This document shows, piece after piece, positions 39,262 to 49,580 of a DNA stretch of 64,000 nt. The notes beneath the pieces were generated by a model. The model was not told the DNA's origin, did not search any database, and saw nothing but the letters and a program-made list of their open reading frames with translations. The number at the start of each line of letters is the position of its first letter. The stretch's first letter is position 1. The stretch is from Syntrophorhabdaceae bacterium (GTDB taxonomy: Bacteria > Desulfobacterota > Syntrophorhabdia > Syntrophorhabdales > Syntrophorhabdaceae): positions 5,184,001 to 5,248,000 of the forward strand of contig OY762209.1 in the NCBI GenBank assembly GCA_963665295.1. The letters are read 5' to 3'. The translations under genes were made by a program, and so were the position numbers.

Positions 39262-40589
39262 GATACTCTCCTCGTTATCATATCCCTCCCGATGAGGGGA
39301 AACACGTCCTTGAGGGGAGGACCGTTCTTCCTGCCCGTGCAGACGACCCTGAGGGTCATGAAAAATTCCCGTTTCTTGAGCCCTGTCCCTTCCAGCTTTT
39401 TGAGTATCTCATCAAAGGACATGACTCCGTCTTTGAGGGCATCGTCGAGGGATGCAACTACGGCGGACAGGTTCTTCGCTTCGGACAAATAGGCCGACCC
39501 CTCCTCTTCAATGCCCGTCCCTTCGAATATGTCGAGAAACTGCCGGATCTCCCCGAGGGTCCTCGCGTTCTCCTGGAGGAGTGCGATTTTATCCCTGTAA
39601 GCGGCGGGAAGGCCCATTTCGAGAAGGATCGAATCGGTAGGTAACTTCCGGATGTATTCCTTGTTGAACCAGACCAGCTTCTCCAAATCGAAGAGGGAAT
39701 CGGAGGGGGAAAGGGAACTGAGGCTGAAGGTCTCGATCAACTCCTCTTCGTCCATGATTTCTCTGGGAACGTTCCGTCCCAGGATGCCCACGTAGTTCGT
39801 GAGGGCCTGGCGAAGGATGCCCATATCGCGGAACTCCCGCACATGGGTAGCGCCGTGCCTCTTGCTCAGGGGCTTCTGGTCGTGTCCCGTAAGCAGGGAA
39901 TGGTGGGCATATCGGGGAGGCTCCTGCCCGAATGCCTGAAAAAGCATGATCTGCTTGGGCGTGTTGGAAATGTGGTCGGCCCCCCGGATCACGTGGGTGA
40001 TGCCCATGAGCATGTCATCCACGGTGACCGCAAAATTGTAGGAAGGAGTCAATTCCTGCTTGAGCAGGATGAAATCATCCACATGGTCGGCGGGGAACTG
40101 GATCTCCCCGTGGATCAGGTCCCGCACGCGTATCACCTTCTTGAAGGCCCTGAACCGCACCACATAAGGCGCGCCCGCCTTTTCCAGGTCCCGGACGGCG
40201 TCGGGGTCAAGGTCTCTGCACGTTCCATCGTATTTCGGCGGCTCGCCCTTGTCCTGCGCCTGTTTCCTCATCTCTTCAAGGCGCTCCTTCGAGCAGAAGC
40301 ATTTATACGCAAGCCCCTTCTCAAGAAGCGTCTCGATATGGGCCCTGTAAATATCGGTCCTGTCGGACTGCCGGTAAGGACCTTCGTCCCAGGCAATGCC
40401 GAGCCATCTCAGGTCTTCGAGAAGCGCTGCCTCGTAGGCGGCCTCGGACCTCTCTACATCCGTATCCTCGACGCGCAGCACGAAAACGCCGCCCTCCTTT
40501 CTCGCAAAGAGATAATTTGCAAGGGCCGTTCTTGTGTTACCCACATGGAGATACCCCGTGGGGCTGGGTGCAAACCTCACCTTTACCAT
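39231..40589 (-). CDS. gltX: Glutamate--tRNA ligase
   Basis: RFAPSPTGYLHVGN (HIGH), RVEDTD, KPLSKR (KMSKS). Confidence 0.95.
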   Translation of the reverse strand: MVKVRFAPSPTGYLHVGNTRTALANYLFARKEGGVFVLRVEDTDVERSEAAYEAALLEDLRWLGIAWDEGPYRQSDRTDIYRAHIETLLEKGLAYKCFCSKERLEEMRKQAQDKGEPPKYDGTCRDLDPDAVRDLEKAGAPYVVRFRAFKKVIRVRDLIHGEIQFPADHVDDFILLKQELTPSYNFAVTVDDMLMGITHVIRGADHISNTPKQIMLFQAFGQEPPRYAHHSLLTGHDQKPLSKRHGATHVREFRDMGILRQALTNYVGILGRNVPREIMDEEELIETFSLSSLSPSDSLFDLEKLVWFNKEYIRKLPTDSILLEMGLPAAYRDKIALLQENARTLGEIRQFLDIFEGTGIEEEGSAYLSEAKNLSAVVASLDDALKDGVMSFDEILKKLEGTGLKKREFFMTLRVVCTGRKNGPPLKDVFPLIGRDMITRRVSWVKTRFSLP

Positions 40590-40641
40590 GCCGCACCAAC
40601 GGGTCCGTAATAGGTATTGTATTTATTTATAGACATGTGCA

Positions 40642-41142
40642 TCATTTCTTATCCTGTTCCTGTTGTTCCCGCGGTTCTTCAAGGAGCGCCACCGCATGGA
40701 CCTCGATACCTTCCCTTCTTCCCGCAAAGCCGAGCCCTTCCGTGGTCTTGCCCTTTATCCCGACAGCGCCGGGGTCAATACCCAGGAGGTCCGCCATGGC
40801 TTCCTGCATGCGTGTCCGAAGGGGGCTTATCTTCGGTTCCTGGGCAACCACCACCGAATCGATGTTTATGATCCTGAACCCTTTCTTCCGCGCCAGGCGA
40901 CCCACATAAGAGAGGATTTCCGTGCTCCTTATCCCTTCCGTGGATGGGTCCGTGTCGGGAAAATGGACGCCTATATCGCCTTCCGACATGGCGCCGAGTA
41001 TGGCGTCGCAGATGGCGTGAATAAGGACGTCCCCGTCGGAATGGCCCAAAAGACCCTTCTCGAAAGGTATCTTCACGCCCCCGAGAAAAAGGTCCCTTCC
41101 TCCCACGAGACGGTGAACATCGTAGCCTATCCCTACCCTCAT
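40642..41142 (-). CDS. ispF: 2-C-methyl-D-erythritol 2,4-cyclodiphosphate synthase
   Basis: GIGYDVHRL, GHSDGDV, GDIGVHFPD, KGKTTEGLG. Confidence 0.97.
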   Translation of the reverse strand: MRVGIGYDVHRLVGGRDLFLGGVKIPFEKGLLGHSDGDVLIHAICDAILGAMSEGDIGVHFPDTDPSTEGIRSTEILSYVGRLARKKGFRIINIDSVVVAQEPKISPLRTRMQEAMADLLGIDPGAVGIKGKTTEGLGFAGRREGIEVHAVALLEEPREQQEQDKK

Positions 41143-41837
41143 GCACCGCCCTTGAGTTGGGACAGCATCCCTCTCGCCAGAACGAGGTCTTCAGGCGTGG
41201 TGATCTTCATATTATAGGGGGAACCTTCGATTACCTTGACCTTCCTGCCCGTCATTTCAAGGAAGGTCGCATCGTCGTAACCGTAAACCTTCTTGGCCAT
41301 TCCTTCCTTGTATGCCTTCGTAATAACGTCGTACTTGAAGGTTTGGGGTGTCTGGACCTGCCAGAGGGAATCCCGCTCCAGGGTCTTCACCACGAAGCCT
41401 TCCTTGGAGATCACCTTTATCGTGTCTTTCACGGGCATCGCAGGGATTATGGCGTCGAACATCTCCATGAGATAGATACCTTTTTCGATAAAACCCGGAG
41501 AAACGAAGGGCCGCGCCCCGTCATGGATAATCACATTGTCGCAGGGACCGTCTATGGCGTCGAGCCCGTTCCTTACGGAATCCTGCCTCAACCTGCCTCC
41601 GATCACGATCTTGATCAATTTGTTAAACCTGTAGGTCTCCAGGATTTCTTCCTGAATAATGGAGAGGTCCTTCTGGTTGACCACGAGGTAGATGCCGTCC
41701 ACAGGGCGACACTCCTCGAATACCTGCATGGTATGTACGATAATAGGCTTGTTATCGAGAAGCAGAAACTGTTTGTTCGTGGAAGCGCCCATCCTTTTTC
41801 CTGCGCCGCCTGCGAGGATTACCGCAAAAGTCCTCAT
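41139..41837 (-). CDS. ispD: 2-C-methyl-D-erythritol 4-phosphate cytidylyltransferase
   Basis: LAGGAGKRM, GGRLRQDSV, IHDGARP, QTPQ, KITTPEDL. Confidence 0.97.
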   Translation of the reverse strand: MRTFAVILAGGAGKRMGASTNKQFLLLDNKPIIVHTMQVFEECRPVDGIYLVVNQKDLSIIQEEILETYRFNKLIKIVIGGRLRQDSVRNGLDAIDGPCDNVIIHDGARPFVSPGFIEKGIYLMEMFDAIIPAMPVKDTIKVISKEGFVVKTLERDSLWQVQTPQTFKYDVITKAYKEGMAKKVYGYDDATFLEMTGRKVKVIEGSPYNMKITTPEDLVLARGMLSQLKGGA

Positions 41838-41842
41838 GTTTG

Positions 41843-42889
41843 TTACCTCACCTGTTCTTCCAGTTTGTATTCGGTGGGAAAGTAGAATTCCTTTTCGGCC
41901 TGTTCTTTCAGTTTTGCGAAGATCATCCGGCCCGACGTGGTCTGGAGGACACTGGTCACCACAACATCGACGGACTTACCGAGAAGTTTTCGCGCATCGT
42001 CCACGACAACCATGGTGCCGTCATCCAGATAACCTATCCCCTGACCGTGTTCCTTGCCTTCCTTGAGTATCTTTATACCCATCTGCTCTCCGGGCAATAT
42101 CGCCGGTCTCAAAGCAGTCGCCAACTGGTTCATGTTAAGGACTTCGATGCCCTGGAGTTCCGCAACCTTGTGGAGGTTGAAATCGTTCGTCACGATCTTC
42201 CCGTTCAGCTTCTTCGCGAGGGCAATCAGCTTGGTGTCCACGTCCTGGAGTTTTGGGAAATCATAATCAACGATCCTCACTTTGACCAGGGTCTGTTTCT
42301 GCAGCCTGTGGAGCACTTCGAGGCCCCTTCTGCCCCGCGTCCTTTTAACGGGGTCCTGGTGGTCGGCGATATGCTGGATTTCATAGAGAACGAACTGGGG
42401 GATAACAAAGGCCCCTTCTATGAACCCCGTCTCACACACATCTCCGATCCTTCCGTCTATGATGATGCTCGTATCGAGTATCTTGACGTTCTCCGTTCCC
42501 TCCATCTTGTCAAAGAGAGGGACCTTCGAAAGGTCGATGGTCTGGCTCTTCTTTTCGCCTATACGAAAGCCCAGGTAGCCCATTACCACGTAAAGGAGTA
42601 TATAAATGGGCAGGGATATGGGGACATCCTTCATGATCGTGAGAAGGAGTTTTGCGACAAAAAGATTCGCCACGAGAAGGCTTATGGTAAGACCGGCAAG
42701 ACTGCCGATGATAATTTTCAGGGGTATGTCTTTGAGCTTCTCTTCTACCTTGAGTATTATGTAGCCGAGGCCGAGACCGCATATCGCTCCGATCCAACCG
42801 AGCAGGTTGCTGGCAAACACTTCCCGCAATATGAAATATCCGGTAACGGTGGTAACCGCCACCAAAATAATCTGGACCAGTATACTCAA
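41843..42889 (-). CDS. Membrane-anchored PIN/TRAM domain protein (YacL family)
   Basis: TM N-terminus; LDTSIIIDGRI, RGRRGL, TNDFNL, GYLDDGTMVVV, QTTSGRMIF. Confidence 0.92.
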   Translation of the reverse strand: MSILVQIILVAVTTVTGYFILREVFASNLLGWIGAICGLGLGYIILKVEEKLKDIPLKIIIGSLAGLTISLLVANLFVAKLLLTIMKDVPISLPIYILLYVVMGYLGFRIGEKKSQTIDLSKVPLFDKMEGTENVKILDTSIIIDGRIGDVCETGFIEGAFVIPQFVLYEIQHIADHQDPVKRTRGRRGLEVLHRLQKQTLVKVRIVDYDFPKLQDVDTKLIALAKKLNGKIVTNDFNLHKVAELQGIEVLNMNQLATALRPAILPGEQMGIKILKEGKEHGQGIGYLDDGTMVVVDDARKLLGKSVDVVVTSVLQTTSGRMIFAKLKEQAEKEFYFPTEYKLEEQVR

Positions 42890-42902
42890 GATATCGAGAC
42901 CT

Positions 42903-43397
42903 CTATGCTTTATAGTTTTCGAGAAAAATCCCCTCTATTTCCTCCTCTATCTCCCCCTCTTCTTTTTGCAGAGCTATGGAGAGCTCCTTCTTTATGAGAT
43001 TGCGCGCTATCTCGAACATCTTCTTTTCCCCGAAAGAAAGCTCTTTCCAAACCCTCAGACTGTAGAGTTCCTTAAGCACCATGGCAACTTCGAATATGGA
43101 ACCGCTCTTTATGCGCTCCATGTACTCTTTGTATCGTCTGTTCCACGGCGCGTTATCGTGGACCACGTTCTTGTCTTTAAGTATCTCAAACACCCGGGTG
43201 ACTTCACAGGAATCGATAACGCAACGGAGGCCTGTATTCTGCGCATGGTCGACAGGGATCATTATCGTCATGTCCGTATCGAGGATGCGCATGATGTAGA
43301 AAGCCTGCTTCATCCCGGAAAACTCCTTTTCCTCGATAGACGCGATCTTTCCCACTCCATGACCTGGATATACAGCCACTTCTCCAACCTTAAACAT
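42903..43397 (-). CDS. carD: CarD family transcriptional regulator
   Basis: FKVGEVAVYPGHGVG, WNRRY, LSFGEKKM. Confidence 0.93.
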   Translation of the reverse strand: MFKVGEVAVYPGHGVGKIASIEEKEFSGMKQAFYIMRILDTDMTIMIPVDHAQNTGLRCVIDSCEVTRVFEILKDKNVVHDNAPWNRRYKEYMERIKSGSIFEVAMVLKELYSLRVWKELSFGEKKMFEIARNLIKKELSIALQKEEGEIEEEIEGIFLENYKA

Positions 43398-43560
43398 TAT
43401 TCCTCCAATTCATATCTCACCTACAGTCCTTCCTCTATTTCGACTCTTTATTTTACCACTTTAGACAAAAATATTCAATTGGTAATAGCTTTCGCCCACT
43501 TGGTGCCTCCCAGGCGTTGTGTGAAAGCGCCGGACGGCCCCGGAATGGCCGCAATTGCTG

Positions 43561-43589
43561 TTGACATAGGTCAAAGGCTTTGTTAATAT
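43561..43589 (+). promoter_or_regulatory. sigma70 promoter TTGACA-N17-TAATAT overlapped by a TTGAC-N4-GTCAA palindrome
   Basis: TTGACATAGGTCAA at 43561-43574; -10 at 43584-43589. Confidence 0.65.
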
Positions 43590-43624
43590 TCAGCTAATAA
43601 GGGTTAGCAGGCATACAGGCATCC

Positions 43625-44878
43625 ATGCAAAACACAAGAAATGGCAATGATATGACGTTTGTCCTCTTCCGGTTGGGTGCCATCCTATGGATCGGCATCG
43701 CCTTCCTTACGGCCGGCATGGCATTCGCTTATGAGAAACCTTCAAAAAACACCATCTCGCCTGCCATCCCCGCGCCTGTGAGGGCACAGGTTCTGAAGCT
43801 ATACTCCAAAGAACCCGCCACAAGAGCCGGGGCCGCCAAGACCCTTGGCAACGGCGGAGTCGTCTCCACCCTGGCCGCACCCCACCTTATCCAACTGCTC
43901 CCCGACAAAACCAGGATTTCCGGCAAAGACGGGTCCACAACCCCGGGCGTGGAGGCGATGAGGGCCCTCGTAAAGATCGGCTCTCCCGCTGTTCAGGCCC
44001 TTATCTCGGCAGTGGGCGCCCCTGACACGGCGACCCGGACAAAGGTGATGGAGACCCTGGGAAGGATCAGAGACGACCGGGCTGTGGAGCCCCTTATCTC
44101 CGCCCTTCAGGACAACAGCGCCATAATACGCACCGCGGCTGCGAACGCCCTCGGAGATATGGGCGATGAGCGTGCCGTTCAGCCGCTGATTGCCTCCCTC
44201 GGAGATACGAACGCCGATGTGCAGCTTGGCGCGAGCAGCGCCCTCATCAAACTGGGCGACGCGGCATCGGAACCGCTGATCTCAGCCCTCGCTTCGGGCA
44301 GTCCGGCGGCCAGAAGAAATGCAGCCCATGTACTCGGAAAGATACAGAGCACGGAATCGGTGCAAGCCTTGATCGCGGCCCTGAGCGATCCGAACCCGAC
44401 GGTCCGGGAAGGAGTGACGGACGCCCTCAGCGAGACCAGGGACAGCGCGGCGGTCCAGCCCCTTATCACAGCGCTCAAGGACAGCAACCCCGACGTGCGC
44501 AGGGGCGCGGCCTTTGCCCTGGGAAAGGTGAAGGACCCGAGGGCAATAGAGCCCCTTGTTCAGGCACTGACGGATGGGGACCCCACGGTAGCCATGTGGG
44601 CAGCCCACGCCCTTGCGGATATTAAGGACCAGTCCGCAGTGGAGCCCCTCATAGCCGCCCTGTCTGACACCCGCCCCGGAGTGAGAAGGGGTGCAGCCAT
44701 GGCCTTAGGCGGAGTGAGAGACCCGAGGGCAATAGAGCCCCTCATAAGGCTTCTTCACGACCAGGACACCTTTGTAATAGATAACGCCCTGAGCGCCCTC
44801 CACCAGATCACTCAGCAGAACTTCGGCGACGACCAGCAGAAGTGGATAAACTGGTACCAGTCGTCAATGTCAGAATAG
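43625..44878 (+). CDS. HEAT-repeat (PBS lyase-type) protein with signal peptide
   Basis: About ten 31-aa repeats (AVEPLI.AL.D....VR..AA.ALG); hydrophobic N-terminus ending AFA. Confidence 0.9.
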   Translation: MQNTRNGNDMTFVLFRLGAILWIGIAFLTAGMAFAYEKPSKNTISPAIPAPVRAQVLKLYSKEPATRAGAAKTLGNGGVVSTLAAPHLIQLLPDKTRISGKDGSTTPGVEAMRALVKIGSPAVQALISAVGAPDTATRTKVMETLGRIRDDRAVEPLISALQDNSAIIRTAAANALGDMGDERAVQPLIASLGDTNADVQLGASSALIKLGDAASEPLISALASGSPAARRNAAHVLGKIQSTESVQALIAALSDPNPTVREGVTDALSETRDSAAVQPLITALKDSNPDVRRGAAFALGKVKDPRAIEPLVQALTDGDPTVAMWAAHALADIKDQSAVEPLIAALSDTRPGVRRGAAMALGGVRDPRAIEPLIRLLHDQDTFVIDNALSALHQITQQNFGDDQQKWINWYQSSMSE

Positions 44879-45581
44879 AGAAATCCGGTTTGTTATGGAA
44901 TCTTACGTACCTCAGCCATTCACCCGGACGTCTCCAATAGGGCGTGTCCCTAACCGATAACAACACCGGGGGAGAAGCTGCCTCGCTGCTGCCGAGGATG
45001 CACCCGCCCCCGCGGACGGGTGTTTTAATTATGGTTGTCCAGAGCGAATGGTATCAGAAGGGAGATGAAAGCAATTGATATATAGATGACCTTGCCTGGT
45101 GTGCTTATTTCCGTTGATTCTCCGGCGTTTTCGCTATGAGCGCCAATTTCCTAGGCGCCATCATCACCGGCGCCGTCCTCAACAAGGTCGATCTCCATGT
45201 CCGAGAATCTCTTTAACGTGGATGAGGGGGCATCCAGTGATGTAGTTGGGAAAGGAGTTGCTTCTCACGGCGGTCGGTTTTCGCCCATGGGGTCCCTGAT
45301 AGCGTGCCCATCTATGGAAGTCTTCGAGTTCCCCTCGAAAACCGCGCAGGTTTGCCCCCGGCGACCTTTGTTCTTATTTACAAATTGATTGGAGCCGGGT
45401 GGAATAGGCGGCCGCATTACGGAACCAAACACACGGCCAGCCCACAACAGCACCGAGCCAACATCATGCCCAGCCCTGCGCCATCTAACCGCTGACCGCT
45501 TCTGCTTATCATCAGTGCCCGAGGACTTGATTTTTTTGGTCAAAAGCTTTAACATTCATTGGTTTTAAACCGGCACGACCC

Positions 45582-46841
45582 ATGTTGACTGAAAAGCTCA
45601 TTACCTATATCGCGCGCAAGAAGAACTCGGATTACCTGCAGTTCAAGTCATCCCCTGCCCTCACCCTTCCCCGCGCGTCCAACAACATCCCGCGCCTTCT
45701 CTATATGCACGTGCCTTTCTGCGAGGAACTCTGTCCTTACTGCTCCTTCAACAGGGTCGTCTTCCGCGAGGGCCTTGCCCGAGCATACTTCCGCGCTTTA
45801 AGAAAAGAGATCGTCATGTATAAGGACATGGGCTACGAGTTCCCCTCCCTGTACGTGGGCGGAGGAACCCCCACGGTCCTCATGGATGAGTTGGCGGAGA
45901 CGATAGGGGTGATACGGGACAATTTTCATGTGAAGGAAGTCTCCGTGGAGACCAACCCCAACCACCTCACGGACAGGAACATCTCCATCCTGAAGGACAT
46001 CGGGGTAAACCGCCTGTCCGTCGGCGTCCAGAGTTTCGACGACGGCATACTGCGGGCCACGGAGCGTTACCATAAATATGGCTCGGGCGCCATGGTCGCC
46101 GAAGGTCTCGCCCATACCCAGGGGCAATTCGACACCCTCAACGTGGATATGATTTTCAACTTCCCCGCCCAGACCATGGAAATTCTCGAAAAAGACCTCT
46201 CCACCCTCATCGGTCTCGGCGTGGACCAGGTCACCTACTACCCCCTCATGGTCTCCACCTTTACCCAGGAAACCATGAACCGGAAGCTCGGCATCGTCGA
46301 TTACGAGAGAGGAGGCGCGCTCTATCAGAAGATCGTGGACATGCTCACCGCCTCTTACGAAGCCACTACCGCGTGGTGCTTTTCCCGCAATACGAGCATG
46401 ATCGACGAGTACGTGATCAATTTCGACGAATATGCCGGTCTCGGCAGCGGATCGATCGGCTACCTCGGCGGCAGTGTGTATGCCAACACCTTCGACATAG
46501 AGGAGTATATCAGGAAACTGGACGAGGGCGTGCTCCCCATAACGGCAAGAAGGGATTTCTCCATGAAGGAGCGGCTCCGCTACGATTTTCTCATGAAACT
46601 TTTCGGCCTGAGCCTCGACCTCGACGAATTGCAGTCAAAAAACGGCGTAAACCCCTACCGCTACCTGTGGACCGAAATATTGTTCTTCAGGCTCGTGGGG
46701 GGCCTCGAAAAAGAGGGCAATCTTCTCAAACTCACGAAAAAGGGACAATATTTCTGGGTGCTCATGATGCGCGAGTTCTTTATCGGCGTCAATAATTTCA
46801 GGGATTATTGCCGGCGGGAGCTCTCCTCTAACGCAAAATAA
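45582..46841 (+). CDS. HemN/HemW-like radical SAM protein (coproporphyrinogen III oxidase family)
   Basis: LYMHVPFCEELCPYCSF, YVGGGTPT, RLSVGVQSF. Confidence 0.9.
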   Translation: MLTEKLITYIARKKNSDYLQFKSSPALTLPRASNNIPRLLYMHVPFCEELCPYCSFNRVVFREGLARAYFRALRKEIVMYKDMGYEFPSLYVGGGTPTVLMDELAETIGVIRDNFHVKEVSVETNPNHLTDRNISILKDIGVNRLSVGVQSFDDGILRATERYHKYGSGAMVAEGLAHTQGQFDTLNVDMIFNFPAQTMEILEKDLSTLIGLGVDQVTYYPLMVSTFTQETMNRKLGIVDYERGGALYQKIVDMLTASYEATTAWCFSRNTSMIDEYVINFDEYAGLGSGSIGYLGGSVYANTFDIEEYIRKLDEGVLPITARRDFSMKERLRYDFLMKLFGLSLDLDELQSKNGVNPYRYLWTEILFFRLVGGLEKEGNLLKLTKKGQYFWVLMMREFFIGVNNFRDYCRRELSSNAK

Positions 46842-47853
46842 TCTTTCCTGCCGGTTCTTCGAGGAACCTTCCGATAATCCAGTATTCAAGACCCGTGCTC
46901 CTTGCTTTTGTCTCGAACCCTAATACATCGTCGGGATGAATCGCCATGAGAAGTCCTCCCGAAGTCTGGGGATCGTAAACGACATCCCCTATGAATCCTT
47001 CGGTCTTTCCTTCCACGTGGACGCCGTAAAAATCCTTGTTCCTGTATAATCCACCGGGAAGCATCCCCAGGGCGGCAAGTTCCGGAGCCTCCTCGAAGTA
47101 GGGTATCTTGTCGGCAAACAGCTCCACGCCGAGTTTTTCCTTTATCATTTCCTTGAGGTGACCCGCGAGGCCGAACCCCGTCACGTCCGTGGCCGCGTGG
47201 GTGCGGACGGAAAGCATGGCCTCCGACGCCTTTTTGTTGAGCCTGGCCATAACCTCCACGAGCTTGCCAGTAGCATCCTCGCTCAGCATGTTCCCTTTGA
47301 TGGCAGTGTTCATGATGCCCGTTCCCAGGGGTTTCGTGAGTACGAGAATATCCCCGGGTATCGATCCTTCGTTCAATATCACCTTGTCGGGATGGACGAT
47401 CCCCGTGACCGCCACGCCATACTTCGTCTCCACGTCGTCGACGCTATGGCCCCCAAGAAGACTCACCCCCGCTTCACGCATCTTGTCCGCGCCGCCTCTC
47501 AATATCTCCTTGAGGATCGACTTGTCGAACTGTTTCAGGGAGAAGCAGACCATGTTGAGGCCCGTCTTCGGCACCGCGCCCATAGCGTATATGTCGCTCA
47601 TGGAGTTGGCGGCCGCGATCTGGCCGAAGGAATACGGGTCATTCACGATGGGGGTAAAAAAATCGACGGTCTGGACAATGGCGATGTCCTCCGATATTTT
47701 ATACACCCCTGCGTCCTCGAATCCTTCGATACCTACGAGCACGTTTTCATCCGCGGGAATCTCGATCCCGCAAAGAATGTCGGTAAGGTCCCCCGGACCT
47801 ATTTTCGACGCTCACCCCGCTCCACGCACATATTTCATCAGTTCAATGGTCAC
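46828..47853 (-). CDS. selD: Selenide, water dikinase (selenoprotein; in-frame UGA = Sec at codon 14)
   Basis: GTG 47853 after GAGGAG gives MTIELMKYVRGAG-U-ASKIGPGDL..., in frame with the tracked ORF (EDAGVY, QTVDFFTP, GGHS, TDVTGFGL, DPQTSGGLL). Confidence 0.95.
47779..47809 (-). promoter_or_regulatory. Putative bacterial SECIS hairpin
   Basis: AGGUCC-GGG-GGACCU starts 11 nt after the UGA; outer GUCG/CGAC pairing. Confidence 0.75.
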
Positions 47854-47997
47854 GTTCTTGATCTCCTCTATCATACGAGAGCCGGATTCGCTCTCCTTTC
47901 CCCTGTCAACCTTCGTTGCGGGACCCTTCGAAACATCGGTCCCTTCTCCACCGCAGACCATCCAGGGATCACGGGACGAGCCGCCCGGTTCCCCGGT

Positions 47998-48237
47998 TCA
48001 TTCGAAGTCAAGGTCGTCGAGCCTTTGAACGCCCGCATAATAGCAGCAGTTCTCACTCTTGAAATTGTTGTCGAAGACCCTCACCTTCCCGTCCTGGAAG
48101 ATGATCCTTACGTAGCAAAAACCTCCCGGTAACTGCGAGTTCCTCTCTTCTGTAACCACGCCCATACCCCATCGGGAAAACCTCTTATGGATCACGCGAT
48201 CCCCCACGGTGAGGTAGAGGGAATACTCCTTTTCCAT
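47998..48237 (-). CDS. DUF3553-like small beta-barrel protein
   Basis: GDRVIHKRFSRWGMGVV...VRIIFQDGKVRVF...CCYYAGV. Confidence 0.75.
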   Translation of the reverse strand: MEKEYSLYLTVGDRVIHKRFSRWGMGVVTEERNSQLPGGFCYVRIIFQDGKVRVFDNNFKSENCCYYAGVQRLDDLDFE

Positions 48238-48286
48238 GCAAAAGTTTACTTCATATCCTCCTTGAGTTCAACCCCCGCCCCTCCCT

Positions 48287-49580
48287 GGCAATGTACAATC
48301 TCTTGTGTCAAGAAAGAAGATGGGGTACCATTCGATCTTTGCCGTTTGCACCGCCAAGCACATAGACAAGGAGGAGGTACCCCGAATGAATCAGCATGTA
48401 ATGGTAAACAATCTATCACAGGCAATGAAAATGGTAAAGGAAATGGATGGTTTTTCAGAAGAGCGGTGGACCGATGACTACCGGGAGGTCGGACGCAACG
48501 CCATAGGGAATTTCCTCCGGGACCGTATGAAGGAGTCCATAAGCGATTATCTTGGTCGTGTACCCGAAGGAGCAGACAGAAGGAACGGAAGTTACCCCAG
48601 GCACGTGCTGACCGAGATAGGAGATATAGCCCTCTCTATACCCCGGACGCGGACCTATAACCCGATTCACGTGATTGAAGCCTATGCGAGGAGAAGCAAG
48701 GAAGTAGACCGGCTCATCCTCTCCTGCTTCTTGTTGGGTCTCTCCACCAGGAAGGTAGGAGCAACGCTCCTTACCATTCTCGGGGAGAAGGTGAGCCCCG
48801 GTACGGTGAGCAGGGTGGTAAAGACACTCGACGCGGATGTGGCCGCATTCCACAGGAGACATCTCTCCAATATCTACAAGGCGCTCATCTTGGATGGGGT
48901 GGTCCTCTCCAGGAAGACCGGCATGGGGGCCGCAAAGAGACCTGTCCTCGTAGTCCTGGGCATACGCGAGGACGGCAGGAAAGAGGTCATCGACTTCCGC
49001 CTTGCCTCCTCCGAGAGCAGCGCAGAATGGGATGTCTTCCTTCGTGATCTCTCTGCAAGAGGGCTCACCGGGAAGAATGTGGAGGTAGTCTCGGTAGACG
49101 GGGGAAAGGGACTCCTTTCCGTTCTCCGTCATTATTATACCTCCATCCCCATCCAGCGCTGCTGGGCTCATAAGATACGTAACATCACCGATAAGGTAAA
49201 GAGGAAGGATCAGGACGCGGTAAGGGAAGGACTACGAGATATCTATAATGCCGCCCATATCCGTGAGGCGAGGAAATATGCGGGGCTATGGAAAGAGAAA
49301 TGGAAAGACACGTACCCTGATGCGGTGACGTGCCTCTTTGCCGATATTGATGATCTCTTTACCTGTTTCATGTTTAAGGACCTTGCCTTCCGGAAGAGCA
49401 TACGCACTACCAACCTCATAGAAAGGAGATTCAAAGAGGTGAAGAGGAGGACGAGACCTATGGGGGTGTTCAGTGATAAAACGAGCATGGACAGGATTCT
49501 CTATGCCATCTTCATGTATGAGAACAGATCGAAGGGGACGTCCCCCATTTTCTCGCTGACACATAAGTCTTGACATTGCC
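48287..49580 (+). mobile_element. IS256-family insertion sequence (1294 bp)
   Basis: Imperfect terminal IRs beginning GGCAATGT; 8-bp direct repeats CCCTCCCT at 48279-48286 and 49581-49588. Confidence 0.93.
48386..49573 (+). CDS. IS256-family transposase
   Basis: RRNGSYPR, IPRTR, GLSTRKV, LDG, VDGGKGL, QRCWAHKIRN, TTNLIERRFKEVKRR; SD GGAGG. Confidence 0.95.
   Translation: MNQHVMVNNLSQAMKMVKEMDGFSEERWTDDYREVGRNAIGNFLRDRMKESISDYLGRVPEGADRRNGSYPRHVLTEIGDIALSIPRTRTYNPIHVIEAYARRSKEVDRLILSCFLLGLSTRKVGATLLTILGEKVSPGTVSRVVKTLDADVAAFHRRHLSNIYKALILDGVVLSRKTGMGAAKRPVLVVLGIREDGRKEVIDFRLASSESSAEWDVFLRDLSARGLTGKNVEVVSVDGGKGLLSVLRHYYTSIPIQRCWAHKIRNITDKVKRKDQDAVREGLRDIYNAAHIREARKYAGLWKEKWKDTYPDAVTCLFADIDDLFTCFMFKDLAFRKSIRTTNLIERRFKEVKRRTRPMGVFSDKTSMDRILYAIFMYENRSKGTSPIFSLTHKS

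Noticed and set aside
43500..43530. tRNA-like 3' end (…GGGAGGCACCA on the minus strand)
   Set aside because: No T-loop (GTTCGA) or cloverleaf can be built.
45136..45216. Peptide MSANFLGAIITGAVLNKVD... resembling the C-terminus of CpsD/CapB tyrosine kinases
   Set aside because: Only 26 codons with no further supporting homology; could be a remnant but cannot be supported.
48246..48262. AGGAGG followed by ATG-AAG-TAA mini-ORF on the minus strand
   Set aside because: Lies within the putative promoter spacer, so it is probably not transcribed; no evidence of function.
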